Virus record (IMG/VR): IMGVR_UViG_3300044836_000005
Span: 1-57,387 of that record
Source: a virus
Lineage: Duplodnaviria; Caudoviricetes
Length of the DNA stretch: 57,387 nucleotides
Reading direction: 5' to 3' (one strand)
The position numbers and the translations under genes were made by a program. The notes under the pieces are model-generated. The model did not search any database and was not told the origin of the DNA. It saw nothing but the letters and a program-made list of their open reading frames with translations. The stretch's first letter is position 1, and every line of letters starts with the position of its first letter. Positions 36,469-46,911 of the stretch are shown here, in pieces.

Positions 36469-37686
36469 TTAAACGTAAGCCGTCGGAATGACGTAGCTAC
36501 CGGATGCCTTGATTTGCATAACAACACCAGCACCACGGTGCCGAACGCCAGTACCAAATCCGTGGTTATAGAAAGAATCAACCAACGGATAATCGTTGTC
36601 ACGGCCCTTAACGAGTCGCAAACCACGAAGACCAGCGTTTACATGCTCACGCAAACCAACCGGGTTAGTTGCATTTAGCTCACCGCCAGTAGCGAAAGCC
36701 AGCAAATACCCAGCAGGAATATAATCATTGTCGATGATGGTAAACGGACCATACGAACCAGCGACGGTCAAGCCCTGATAAGTAGCAGCCGGCTGACCGC
36801 CCTGAATTCCGCCGACATTCTGCGGAAAGAGGAAGGGCGGTGCGCCTTGAGCCGGAATAAAGTCATAATTCGAACCAGTAGCGACACGGAAAGTCCGCAT
36901 AGTCGCAATCTCTTGGCGGTTAGCCAAAAGAACTAATTTCGAACCATTGGTGACTCCATAGCCCTTAGTGGCGAGCTTGGTTTCGATAGCGTCCAAATCC
37001 CCGCTATCAACCGTTGCGCCGCCACTTACGAGGTAATGAGATTCCGAACCGTTGTAAGTATAATTAATATATGTGGGAGGAACCGTGCCGTCACCATTAT
37101 AGAAAGGATAAACGTTATAGTTCGTTCCACGAATATCAGTCGTGCGGTTCGTGTTATTGAAAATAGCCTTGAAAATCTTCACGAAAAGCAAACGATTGTC
37201 AGCCTCGATCGCTGCGTTATTCAAAGCAACAACTTGAGCCGCATTTACTTCCGCAAGGAATTTCCAAGAGTAACGAATTGCAAGGTCATACCACTTGAAA
37301 TCATAACCCATTGAGAAATAATCCGGAGTGAGAGCAAGACCCTTCGGCTCGCCATACTCAGAAGCTTCCTCGAAATCGTCGCCAGTAATCTGAGGCACTT
37401 GCTCAGTCGGGCTAGTAACGGGGAAGGTCAAAAGATTAATTAAAGCGGTACGACGAGCATTCGCCATAGCCATAGTGCGCTGAAATTCCGTCCACAAATC
37501 ATTTAATGGGCGGCCGTCCAACGTTTGAGTAAGAACGTCACCTTCTGAGTTAATGCCCCTAGCCATACCGGCAAGGCCGATCGAGCGATCGAAAGCACTA
37601 GTCAAATCAAAAGGATCTTGCGTCATATCAATGACGATCAATTCCCGTTCCACTTTTTCGATATAATTCTTACGAATCTGTCCCAT
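36469..37686 (-). CDS. Major capsid protein
   Basis: 405 aa after the scaffold and decoration genes; FEEASEYGEP; GFGTGVRHRGAGVVMQI; downstream hairpin. Confidence 0.85.
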   Translation of the reverse strand: MGQIRKNYIEKVERELIVIDMTQDPFDLTSAFDRSIGLAGMARGINSEGDVLTQTLDGRPLNDLWTEFQRTMAMANARRTALINLLTFPVTSPTEQVPQITGDDFEEASEYGEPKGLALTPDYFSMGYDFKWYDLAIRYSWKFLAEVNAAQVVALNNAAIEADNRLLFVKIFKAIFNNTNRTTDIRGTNYNVYPFYNGDGTVPPTYINYTYNGSESHYLVSGGATVDSGDLDAIETKLATKGYGVTNGSKLVLLANRQEIATMRTFRVATGSNYDFIPAQGAPPFLFPQNVGGIQGGQPAATYQGLTVAGSYGPFTIIDNDYIPAGYLLAFATGGELNATNPVGLREHVNAGLRGLRLVKGRDNDYPLVDSFYNHGFGTGVRHRGAGVVMQIKASGSYVIPTAYV

Positions 37687-38054
37687 TATTGGTGCCTCAC
37701 AATCAATCGGGTTGCCTCAACGGTATGGCCGACTCGAATGTGAGTCGCATCCGCCACGGTAACTCCGAGTGCTCCGGTAGTCGTTAGTGCCGTAATAATT
37801 GTTCCGGCAACCAAAGGAGCGACGCAATCAACGACTTCTCCATCGGTCATTACGTCAACAATGTCACCAGCTTTAAGATTACGAACAGTCGCCACTACTC
37901 CGACGATTCCGGTATTCCCAGCACCCGGCACAACTCGGCCATTGACGTCCAAGCCAACCCCAATGGGGTTACCAGCGGAAGTCTTTGCCAAGTCAGCAGC
38001 TAAAGGCGCTCGGAAACCGCCACTAACAGGATCGTACTTGTCGTACCTAGCCAC
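37686..38054 (-). CDS. Capsid decoration or minor capsid protein
   Basis: MARYDKYDP..GGFRAPLAAD; Gly/Val-rich; between scaffold and capsid genes. Confidence 0.7.
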   Translation of the reverse strand: MARYDKYDPVSGGFRAPLAADLAKTSAGNPIGVGLDVNGRVVPGAGNTGIVGVVATVRNLKAGDIVDVMTDGEVVDCVAPLVAGTIITALTTTGALGVTVADATHIRVGHTVEATRLIVRHQ

Positions 38055-38099
38055 GGTATTCCTTTCTTTTCTGTTGAAGGTTTTTGTTTGTTTAATTAA

Positions 38100-38879
38100 T
38101 TAACGGCGCAAAGCCGGGTATTGCTCCATGAGTTTGGCATCGTCAAACTCACCTTTTTTGCCTTTTTTACCATTACCGGAGCGGCCACTGGCCTGCCTCG
38201 TCGGCTCGGTATCATCGTCGGTTTCGTCATCGTCGTCGGAATCTTTATTTTTAGATTTCTTCGGTTTTACGAAACCCGGCTTGGCTTTAACAAAAGCCTC
38301 AACTGCGTCATCTAGTCCGGAGACGCTTCCGTCCTTCTCAATTTCAATATCGTCACTATAGCGCCTAAGCACAAGCTCAAGCACATCTTCGGTGTCAACG
38401 TTGAAACGATATTCCTTTGCGTCAATGACGTCACGGAATTTCTGACCAATAGCTAGTGATCGGTTGGTGCTTTCAAGCTCCGTGATCCGGCTCTTTAGCT
38501 CATCCCGCTCTTTTGTGACCTGTTCAAGTTCCGGCTTGTCTTTATTCTTAATTTCATTCAGCTCTTTTTCGAGCTTTTCCGCCCGCTCCCTAGCTTCCCT
38601 TGCAGCTAACCGACGACGCTTATTCTCTGCAATAAGGCGTTCTTTTTCGAAATCCTTTTTAGGATCTTTCTTATCTTTTGATTTCTTATCTTCTACTTCA
38701 TCGTCGTCTTCATCGTCGTTGTCATCATCATTATTTTCATCATCATCATTTTGGTCATCGTCGTTGTCTTGTTCATCATCGGCCGGCATACCAGCTAATG
38801 ATTCTGTTTTGAAAGCGAAGCGCAAATCAAAAGGATCGGCTCGCCGTACTAACTCTAGGATTTCGTCTTTGGTCTTCAC
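38100..38879 (-). CDS. Scaffolding protein
   Basis: Acidic tracts, coiled coil, C-terminal YPALRR; synteny. Confidence 0.8.
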   Translation of the reverse strand: MKTKDEILELVRRADPFDLRFAFKTESLAGMPADDEQDNDDDQNDDDENNDDDNDDEDDDEVEDKKSKDKKDPKKDFEKERLIAENKRRRLAAREARERAEKLEKELNEIKNKDKPELEQVTKERDELKSRITELESTNRSLAIGQKFRDVIDAKEYRFNVDTEDVLELVLRRYSDDIEIEKDGSVSGLDDAVEAFVKAKPGFVKPKKSKNKDSDDDDETDDDTEPTRQASGRSGNGKKGKKGEFDDAKLMEQYPALRR

Positions 38880-38900
38880 TTTTTTCTCCTGTTGATTTGG

Positions 38901-39749
38901 TTAATCTTCACTTGAAACATAATCATCGTAGTCACCGGCTTTAAGTGACTTAATAAACTTTTCTCTAGGGACGGTTTCTACGGTTAGGTAACAAAAGCAT
39001 TGTGGGTGAGGTCTGTCCGGAACCTCACCTTTATTGTAAGTGCCGACTAAATCGTTACATTCATCGGGACGCGGATGGGAACCGGAAAGGTTCCATACAA
39101 AAGATTCAACCCAAGGCTTTTCTTGAGCCAAATCAATTGTCATTTGGTGATGGGCGTTATTAATTTCTGTGCGAGCCAAACGTCTTGCTGCATATGCGGC
39201 TCCACCTGGCACATCGGCTGAATAAAAATCTCGCACTGCGTTGGCAAGTTCTTTTGCTCCGGTTTGCAAAGCAAGGTGCTGTTCAATAATTTTTCCGACT
39301 TGCTTAACTGTGACACGACCATTCGCATAAATTCTCTCAGACAAAGTAAAACCATGCGTGCGACGTGCGACAATTGCCCTCGCTCCTGCCTCAGCTCTAG
39401 TATAAATACCTCTTTCATAATTCTTAATAATAGCTTGAGGCATACCCAGCTTACTATCGTATGAAAGACTTTGTTTAGCGGCCAATTCCGTCGCACTGGA
39501 TATCCCTACTTTCGTAACTTGTTCAATATTCAGCCACATTTCTTTTGATAATGGGCCTAAGCCTTTTGCGACCTCCGCAATGCGAGCAGCCTGCCCGCCT
39601 TTTAACGCATTTTCTGCAATGATGCGATGGGCGGATTTACTAGCTTGGTTCAAAATATCTGCAAGCTCTTGATTATAGATTCCTTCCGTTAATCGAAGCG
39701 GTTGGACCAACCCATATTGCCGTGAAAGCTCGTCCGCCCGAATTGCCAT
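38901..39749 (-). CDS. MuF-like minor head protein
   Basis: RRLARTE, WNLSGSHP..DEC, HPQCFC. Confidence 0.8.
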   Translation of the reverse strand: MAIRADELSRQYGLVQPLRLTEGIYNQELADILNQASKSAHRIIAENALKGGQAARIAEVAKGLGPLSKEMWLNIEQVTKVGISSATELAAKQSLSYDSKLGMPQAIIKNYERGIYTRAEAGARAIVARRTHGFTLSERIYANGRVTVKQVGKIIEQHLALQTGAKELANAVRDFYSADVPGGAAYAARRLARTEINNAHHQMTIDLAQEKPWVESFVWNLSGSHPRPDECNDLVGTYNKGEVPDRPHPQCFCYLTVETVPREKFIKSLKAGDYDDYVSSED

Positions 39750-41284
39750 TATGCACCAGCATTAGGATCAGGTGGAGCTAATGAATTTAACTCCGCATCT
39801 ACCCTTGTTCCGGTCGCATCTTGTGCCACTTGCCCGATTGCGGTTTGTTCCTTCACAATTTGGCCAAGCATAAGGGTTGCATCGTCAATAGTATACCCGA
39901 TTTTAGCCAATTCGCCATAACACCACTCAGCAGATACCAGCTTTGCAGTAAATAGCGCAAGAATTTCTTTGAATCGGTTAGCTCGATTCTCAGGAACGTG
40001 ATCCCCGTAAATTGGAATGAATCTTGTGTTTTCAATACCACTACTAAGCGTCGGTTCATATACCAAGATCCAGTTACGGAGATCAAAGAACATATTGCTT
40101 AAAACATCAGTAATAACCAGTTCTTTTTCTTCTGCTCTGGAAAGCATGGGCGATAATTCAATAAATAGGGCAATTCCAGACTCCGCAACCGCCACATCGA
40201 CTCGACCTTGAGCAATTGCCGGTTGTTGTGCGGCTTGATCCAACTGCTCATGCAAATATTTAAGATGATCTTGGTAAGGCGAGACACTAGAAACACCAGA
40301 AACACGCTCAAATGTCTTTCCGTCCGGTAATTCAATGACTCGACCAGGGCCAAGATTCCATGTTGTTGCCTGACCAGTGATCGGATCTAATGGTGTACCG
40401 GCATCGGTTGTATAAACGCCAATTCCGTCCATTGCTAATGATAATTCTTCGTCAGAAATTCCTTGATTGATTGCGGCAATCATTCTCTCAAGGCCAGCAA
40501 GCTCCGAGACGCCATAAACCTGTCCCATAACTTGCACATTGGGAATATTATATACCGGCAATTGGGTAATTCGTGGGTCTAAAGTAGTTACTGCAGTAAC
40601 TATATGATCCGGATTTGCCTCTTGATCCATGCCGGGACCGCCCCAGTCATCAATCTTAAAAATGGCGTCTTCACTTGTGATTGTTTGTGTCCCATTTGGA
40701 GAAACAACCTTGCGATATGTGAGCCGACGAATCCACGGCTTGCCTTCATCATCGACATATTGGTCAACTAAATGGCAACCCGTAATCTCAGAAACATTAT
40801 CAGGATTATAAATAGGAAAATATCGTGATGGGTCAATTGCTTCAATGGTGATACGTGAACCGTCCGGCTTAAGAGGATCAGCGAAGATATGCCAAGTCCA
40901 GTCACCTTTGATTAATCCGTAACGCTTATTCATAGAAAATTGTGAATAAAAACGCTCACGACGAAGCAACTCAGTCATTGTAATCATTGCTTGGTTGCGT
41001 TCATCCGGAGTACCGTATAAAGGGTCACAAATCATACGCATTTTCGGCGCTAAATACCGATGCATCGTCTCAATGATCTTGCGACCCGACGGCACATAGA
41101 TTGGGTTATCTTCCTCACCTCTAGCTAAGAGCTTAAAAGTGTTCGGATAATCCCAATAAATTTGCTCGAACATTTCATAAGAAGCAATGCGCCGTTTTTC
41201 GAAGTCATTACTAATCCAAGTCGGTAACGATGCCGCTGGAATTAACGGCGCAACTGTACTATATGAGTCAATAATATTTGACAT
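39749..41284 (-). CDS. Portal protein
   Basis: 511 aa upstream of MuF; YGVSEL, AESGIAL. Confidence 0.85.
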   Translation of the reverse strand: MSNIIDSYSTVAPLIPAASLPTWISNDFEKRRIASYEMFEQIYWDYPNTFKLLARGEEDNPIYVPSGRKIIETMHRYLAPKMRMICDPLYGTPDERNQAMITMTELLRRERFYSQFSMNKRYGLIKGDWTWHIFADPLKPDGSRITIEAIDPSRYFPIYNPDNVSEITGCHLVDQYVDDEGKPWIRRLTYRKVVSPNGTQTITSEDAIFKIDDWGGPGMDQEANPDHIVTAVTTLDPRITQLPVYNIPNVQVMGQVYGVSELAGLERMIAAINQGISDEELSLAMDGIGVYTTDAGTPLDPITGQATTWNLGPGRVIELPDGKTFERVSGVSSVSPYQDHLKYLHEQLDQAAQQPAIAQGRVDVAVAESGIALFIELSPMLSRAEEKELVITDVLSNMFFDLRNWILVYEPTLSSGIENTRFIPIYGDHVPENRANRFKEILALFTAKLVSAEWCYGELAKIGYTIDDATLMLGQIVKEQTAIGQVAQDATGTRVDAELNSLAPPDPNAGA

Positions 41285-41554
41285 TTAGTCGGTCCCATCA
41301 AGCTGATTCAAGGTGATACGGATAATAGCATTCATTTGCCTAGCCATTGCTTTTAGTTGCGCCACCACTTGCACGTTGGTTGGTGAAGCATTTGCGATGA
41401 ATGATCGGTTAGTTGCCAGTGCATTAGCTGCCGCAGTAAATAGCGCATCTCTATTTGCAGATTCTTGTGGAATTTGCACTGTACCTTGCGAAACTGCCGT
41501 CACCTTTCCAGTGTCATCGACTGATAGCTCAGTAATGGGTACCATATTTGACAT
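41285..41554 (-). CDS. Hypothetical fibre-associated protein
   Basis: 89 aa directly after the collagen-like fibre gene. Confidence 0.6.
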   Translation of the reverse strand: MSNMVPITELSVDDTGKVTAVSQGTVQIPQESANRDALFTAAANALATNRSFIANASPTNVQVVAQLKAMARQMNAIIRITLNQLDGTD

Positions 41555-41563
41555 AATTAATCC

Positions 41564-43345
41564 TTAAAGGAGTGAAGCGACACGAAGACCAATGAGAAAT
41601 GCCGTCGAACTTGAAAAAATAGAGCCCGCCATTGTTGCCGGCATTGTTCCTGTATTGCCAGATTTAGAAGCCGATCCGGTAATCGAAGCGGATTGACTGC
41701 TATACGGAAGTTGCAAGCCAATTGCACAACTACGCATAGTGGGAGCGTTTGTCGTCCACAATTGTGTAGTTCCTGTCAACCAATACCAGCCAATTTCTAA
41801 AGTAACAGGGGTAAAAGTAACAACTTTGAAACCAATTGAGTCGGCCGAGCCCAATGCAATGGCGCCAGAGTCTTGGATGAGCGTACCCATCGAGCCGTTA
41901 GCAGCATCGGCATGGTAAAGCGACGCTCGAAAGACTGCGCCAGTATCGCCTAATACAGTACATTCAGCAATGAATGCATCGACCGTCATTCTTTGCATTA
42001 CATAAACTAATGCACCTCTAGTCTGTCCGGCCGCTAATGATTCTTTGAATGTATTAACTGAAGCTCCGTTAGTCGGACGAAGATAATCGCCAACCGACGC
42101 TTTTGCAACGAAGATCGGAGTAGAAAATCCGGTTGCTGCATAATTACCCGGACTTTGCTTCACTTGGCCATCAGAGCCAATTGAGAATCTGTCCTGCGTA
42201 TCAGTTGAAACTTTAGCTTGAAAAGCGGGGAGACCAACGGCACCTCTTGTGCTTAACAAACCGCCGGAAATCGTTGCGCCAATTGAAGTAATTGCTAAAC
42301 CATCGGCAATAGTTACTAATCCAGTTGCCCTAGAAATTGATAATGGCACGTCGATTTGTACACTGGCATCCGTATATCTAACAACCTCTAACGAACTACC
42401 AACGTTCGAGCCACCTTCTGCAGTATTGTTCGCCCGAATGTCCCATCGCAAAGCATTCGAAGTTGTTAATCTGAAAACTCTATTTTGCCCAGCAACACCA
42501 TCTACAGCAAAGGCACTACCACCAGTCCCGATCATCCTTAATGTGGTAGCAGAATAACGACTTATTGTTGTATCAACTGCGTTCGTTGTTCCAGCACCAA
42601 AGTTGATTGATCCGTCGGCACGTATCAATACTCTCGGATTTGCGTCCGCAGTGATCCCGACTGCAAGTGCAGAGTTGGCGCCAGCAGCACGGTAAATAGT
42701 TTGCACATTTGTAAATAAGTTGGCACCGTTGATTAATGGAACGTTCGCACTCAAGCGAGCATCTGCCAATGATCCCGTTAGGTTTGCGGCATCTCCATTA
42801 AATAAAACCGGCCTGCCCGTTAAATCATTATATAATCCACTAAATGCAACCGGAGCTAATAGCGCTTGCAATGCAGCCGATGCACCAGCCACTTCGAAAT
42901 CAGAAGCGGGATGAGTTGCGGAAGAACCAAGCCCTAAGTTTGTTCGAGCAGTTGCGATATTTGTAAGTGCGGAAAGGTTTCCTTGCGCCAACAATACCGA
43001 GCTATCAAGGCTGACCTCTTTAGTGGTTGCATTATAAAGAACAGGTGCAACCGCACTTAAAAGTCCTGATGGCCCCGTCGCTCCCGTTGGACCAGTAGCT
43101 CCGGTTAATCCGATAACACCTTGCGGGCCAGTCGCACCAACCGCACCAGTTGCTCCCGTAGGTCCTTGCGGACCAGTTGTGCCAGTAAATCCAATTGGCC
43201 CTTGAGCACCTGTATTTCCTGTATCACCTTTAATTCCTTGCGAACCTGGCGGGCCGGCTGGGCCTTGCGTACCGATACGAGCAATACGTGTCAATTCTTC
43301 TGTTACGACAATTGTATTTGGTTCATCTTCGACGATTAGACCCAT
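41564..43345 (-). CDS. Collagen-like fibre protein
   Basis: More than 20 consecutive G-X-Y triplets; [12 protein letters not shown] fibre motif; beta-rich C-terminus. Confidence 0.8.
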   Translation of the reverse strand: MGLIVEDEPNTIVVTEELTRIARIGTQGPAGPPGSQGIKGDTGNTGAQGPIGFTGTTGPQGPTGATGAVGATGPQGVIGLTGATGPTGATGPSGLLSAVAPVLYNATTKEVSLDSSVLLAQGNLSALTNIATARTNLGLGSSATHPASDFEVAGASAALQALLAPVAFSGLYNDLTGRPVLFNGDAANLTGSLADARLSANVPLINGANLFTNVQTIYRAAGANSALAVGITADANPRVLIRADGSINFGAGTTNAVDTTISRYSATTLRMIGTGGSAFAVDGVAGQNRVFRLTTSNALRWDIRANNTAEGGSNVGSSLEVVRYTDASVQIDVPLSISRATGLVTIADGLAITSIGATISGGLLSTRGAVGLPAFQAKVSTDTQDRFSIGSDGQVKQSPGNYAATGFSTPIFVAKASVGDYLRPTNGASVNTFKESLAAGQTRGALVYVMQRMTVDAFIAECTVLGDTGAVFRASLYHADAANGSMGTLIQDSGAIALGSADSIGFKVVTFTPVTLEIGWYWLTGTTQLWTTNAPTMRSCAIGLQLPYSSQSASITGSASKSGNTGTMPATMAGSIFSSSTAFLIGLRVASLL

Positions 43346-43668
43346 TGCGTTACTCCGCTTCTGATTTGAAAGTCGCCGTGGAACCAGTTTGTCTCAGTGC
43401 CTAAAGAATCCATGACCACTAGGTCGTAACGCCATGTACCTACTCCGATATCAACGCTCTGCGTCTTATCAAAGGTCAATGTCAGTTTGCCTAACACTGC
43501 ATTTGTAACTGTGCAACCAATAATAAAGTTGGTCGTGCCGTCGGTTACTTGTGCTTTCACTTGCGAACCAGTGAGGTTGATCGCCGTTCCATCTCCGTCC
43601 GTTAATTGAATGTTACGAACGAGATCCTCGTTGTTATAAACAATAAAATCATATGGCGCTGATATCAT
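43336..43668 (-). CDS. BppU-like fibre adaptor
   Basis: [12 protein letters not shown]...WRYDLVV...GDF. Confidence 0.65.
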   Translation of the reverse strand: MISAPYDFIVYNNEDLVRNIQLTDGDGTAINLTGSQVKAQVTDGTTNFIIGCTVTNAVLGKLTLTFDKTQSVDIGVGTWRYDLVVMDSLGTETNWFHGDFQIRSGVTQWV

Positions 43669-45134
43669 CTTGTCACCTTTGCGGTTGTAACTACGGCGTG
43701 CCCACCCTGCGTAGAGGAAGGAGGGCCGAAATAACCTCGGAAAAATCTACCTAATGCTTCGGGTCCGTGATCGTCTTTGTCTAGTGGTTCTTCTTTATTA
43801 GGACGCATTTCGTTATTGTTGTCAGGATATCGGTACTCATTCATTTCCCGAATCATCTCCGAACAACTGCGATCTATATAAAGTTTCGCTCGCTGGTCTT
43901 CAAACTTCGCATGTTTCGGGAATGTCTTTAATGCCTCACGAATATATTCTAATCGGTACTTCTTTTCGCCGCCGGTACCTGTATTTGCTTGAATATGTAA
44001 CTTATTTGAGAGCACTGAGGTATCACCAGGGCCAGCCGGATCAGGATAGAAGGTACGCACCTGTTTAATCAAAGGAGCGGTGGCTAATTCAGAGGCAATG
44101 ACTCCGATATCGGTCTGTGTTTTTCTGTATTCCCCTAAGACATAAACAATATCGTCAAGTGGATCAATCTGAATCCAGAGCCACACGAACGGATTGGACC
44201 AGCCATAGTCACAAGCGGCATAAAGCGGCCATTCGGGATTATATTTCAGGTCCGCAACGTGGTATTCCTCATCAAAATCCTTAAAAACTCGGCCGACATA
44301 TTCGCTAAAGTCTGCGGCGACCTCTTGGTTAAACAATTCTCTAGACATATCCGCAAACATTGCATAAATTTCTTCGTCAACACCGAGCATCATAAGAATT
44401 TCGTCGGTAATTGGTATGTGGGCTTCCTCTAATTGGCGCATTTGTTCGATTGCTTCGAAACTCGCACCCATAGGAAACACATACTCATTTACCCATGACG
44501 GCATCCGCCAAGATTTCCACCGCTTATTGTTAGGATCTTGCCCTAATTTCCATAATTCATAGAAATGGTTGCGGCCTTCCGGAGTTGAGCTATGCAGTGC
44601 CCAGCCTCGGAAGTCAGCGAGAGTAGGACGAATGTATTTTGTCCAAACAGACGCTTTCATTTTAGCAGCTTCGGCCATAATCACGCCGTGCAAACCTTCG
44701 CCAACGAGAGTACCGGGATACTTGGCCGACATACCGTGAACTAAAAACTTGCCTTTCCAAAGCGAAATAGAAAGCGATCCCATTTCCGGATTGTTATAAG
44801 TTCCCGGTTTATCGAAAGGTACTCCGAGCTTCTTTAATGCGTTATAGCAAACACGAAATTCCTTTTCACTATCGGAATACTCAGGGCCGACAATCCAAAA
44901 CTCTCTACGAATTCCTAAATCTTCCAACCGCATTAATTGCGTATGTGTATACAGCCCTTCGACTGTTAACTCTTGACCACCAATTACGGACTTACCAGTA
45001 CGACGGCCAGCCGCAACGACTTTGTTTCTTTCTAATGCCTCATGCACTTTCTTCTGTGCTAAGTGCGGGTGATAATCGACTGCCTCGAAAACACCTTCCT
45101 TGGCAAATAATCGTTGCGGCTGAACCATTGTCAT
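43665..45134 (-). CDS. terL: Terminase large subunit
   Basis: Walker A AGRRTGKS; GEGLHGVIMAEAA; STPEGRNHFY; nuclease DYG, DPA, DDHGPEAL. Confidence 0.93.
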   Translation of the reverse strand: MTMVQPQRLFAKEGVFEAVDYHPHLAQKKVHEALERNKVVAAGRRTGKSVIGGQELTVEGLYTHTQLMRLEDLGIRREFWIVGPEYSDSEKEFRVCYNALKKLGVPFDKPGTYNNPEMGSLSISLWKGKFLVHGMSAKYPGTLVGEGLHGVIMAEAAKMKASVWTKYIRPTLADFRGWALHSSTPEGRNHFYELWKLGQDPNNKRWKSWRMPSWVNEYVFPMGASFEAIEQMRQLEEAHIPITDEILMMLGVDEEIYAMFADMSRELFNQEVAADFSEYVGRVFKDFDEEYHVADLKYNPEWPLYAACDYGWSNPFVWLWIQIDPLDDIVYVLGEYRKTQTDIGVIASELATAPLIKQVRTFYPDPAGPGDTSVLSNKLHIQANTGTGGEKKYRLEYIREALKTFPKHAKFEDQRAKLYIDRSCSEMIREMNEYRYPDNNNEMRPNKEEPLDKDDHGPEALGRFFRGYFGPPSSTQGGHAVVTTAKVTR

Positions 45135-46342
45135 TACGGAGCTACCTCGACAACCGTCGGCTCACTACCGATGGTAAGCGTCAACGCACTAACACCTTTC
45201 GAAGACTTCACAATGTCGTCCTGCATTACGTTGCGAATAATGTAATCCCTCGGTCGATCAAATGCCAGTGTGGCCGTTGACTTATTATTTACAATTTGGT
45301 CTTGGTGTTGCTGATTGTCGCCAGCCGTTGCATCGCCGTTAAGCCATAAGTGGACAAGAGTTGTTCCGTCGGCCTTCTGGCTCATCGTGCTTCGGATATT
45401 GGTACCACCAATTGAAATTTTAGGATCAACTAATTCATGGTCCCAAGCAAAGTCAGATGGGTCTTTATTCCATGCAAGTAAACGACGCATAGAGTGGAAA
45501 GCCGGCTTACGTCGGCCGGTTGCTTGCTCCACCAAACCGAAACCGTTTTCCCACGGCGATGAATTAAGTTTGCTAATCAACAGATAATTAATTGTTGCTA
45601 CAAACTTACCAGTGCGTACATGCTCAAGGAACATTGAAGGAGTAAGCATCGCTTGCACTTGCTCAGTTACCGGAGGATGACCGCCCGCTTGTCCCATTGC
45701 CGTTGAAAATCCACACTCAGTAGAAATACCACCAAGTGTTTTCATAAGATTAATCTTCGATACCATGTAATCCATTAAATACGGACGATGCATAATGCCA
45801 CCGCCATAATCATGAAACGTGGTGAGGTCCAAGCCGGGAATAACTCCCATTCGATCAAAACCCGGTCCCAATGTATTCGCCATTGACGGAGAACTAATTA
45901 ACAAAGTGCTAGGCTTTCCTGCTGCATTAACTGCTGCAATGACTTTCTTGCAACGATCAATTGCCAAGCTCAAACGGAATTCGAATGTGGAATTGCCAGG
46001 TAATTCGTACCCATCAAATACTTTTCCGTAACCAGCAGCGTCTAGCTCATTGTCTAATTCAAGAACACGAATCCATGCCTCGTGCCGTTTAACAAAATCT
46101 GCAGTTTGTGCAATAGATTCATCCCGAGCGTCTGATACCCAATCACACCAAATACCTAGGTTGTTGTAAAGCTTATTCAATAAAGCTGGTCGATCATTAG
46201 CACCGTTGGTGTCTTGGTCCATAGACCAACCAGTACGGACCCATCCTAAACCAAGCTCGGCACAAGCGTCATACGTCATATTAAATAATACTTGTGACCA
46301 CGTATAATGAATATCAATTCCGCAGCCGAATGACTTGGCCAA
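45134..46342 (-). CDS. Glycoside hydrolase (clan GH-A-like), probably the frameshifted C-terminal part of 46432-46911
   Basis: WVRT, DNE acid/base, FHDY, STECG nucleophile, FGLV...RKPAF; weak TTG start with the frame open upstream. Confidence 0.75.
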   Translation of the reverse strand: MAKSFGCGIDIHYTWSQVLFNMTYDACAELGLGWVRTGWSMDQDTNGANDRPALLNKLYNNLGIWCDWVSDARDESIAQTADFVKRHEAWIRVLELDNELDAAGYGKVFDGYELPGNSTFEFRLSLAIDRCKKVIAAVNAAGKPSTLLISSPSMANTLGPGFDRMGVIPGLDLTTFHDYGGGIMHRPYLMDYMVSKINLMKTLGGISTECGFSTAMGQAGGHPPVTEQVQAMLTPSMFLEHVRTGKFVATINYLLISKLNSSPWENGFGLVEQATGRRKPAFHSMRRLLAWNKDPSDFAWDHELVDPKISIGGTNIRSTMSQKADGTTLVHLWLNGDATAGDNQQHQDQIVNNKSTATLAFDRPRDYIIRNVMQDDIVKSSKGVSALTLTIGSEPTVVEVAP

Positions 46343-46400
46343 TTCTGCGGAACGGCAGAGCGGGGCGGGTACAACTTGCGGCTTACCTTTTAGTGGTGGG

Positions 46401-46444
46401 GCCGGTCCAACAACAATGGGTGGAACCGGCTCTACGCTTTTGGG
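46401..46444 (-). other. Putative -1 ribosomal frameshift signal
   Basis: In-frame C_CCA_AAA (46438-46444), 7 nt spacer, stem GCCGGTTCCA...TGGACCGGC (46401-46430). Confidence 0.7.
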
Positions 46445-46911
46445 TTTGTATGTACCGTCTTTGTCTCGACGGAATTATCAGCAAATGTAATCTTTACTGG
46501 AATGTCAGCACCATATGGCAAATAAGTAAGATCAAACTTACGTTGCGTTGCCGGCATTACCGGGCTGGTCCACTTGTCGTGACCATAGGTCAACACTTGC
46601 GCCGTAGTCTCGATATCAATTCGTGCGCCGTTGCCATCAAAGCCAGCCACAATTGATTTAATTTTGCTAGGCGGATTACCTGCCGGGCCTGGATCAACAA
46701 CCGGCGGTGGCAAGGTTGCCGGATGCGCTAACTTGTATGCGTCAAACTCAGACTGCAGTGCCGTAGCCTTTAGGAATGCACCTTGCAAATCTGCGTTTGC
46801 TTTAGCTAATTGTGCATCTTTATCAGCGTTAGACGTAACTAATCGCTCGACATTATCTGCTAATTCAACAACCTTATTTCCCAAATCTCGGAAATCACTT
46901 GCGAGTGTCAT
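46432..46911 (-). CDS. Coiled-coil plus beta-domain protein
   Basis: N-terminal heptads, Pro-rich linker, beta-rich C-terminus. Confidence 0.75.
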   Translation of the reverse strand: MTLASDFRDLGNKVVELADNVERLVTSNADKDAQLAKANADLQGAFLKATALQSEFDAYKLAHPATLPPPVVDPGPAGNPPSKIKSIVAGFDGNGARIDIETTAQVLTYGHDKWTSPVMPATQRKFDLTYLPYGADIPVKITFADNSVETKTVHTNPKA

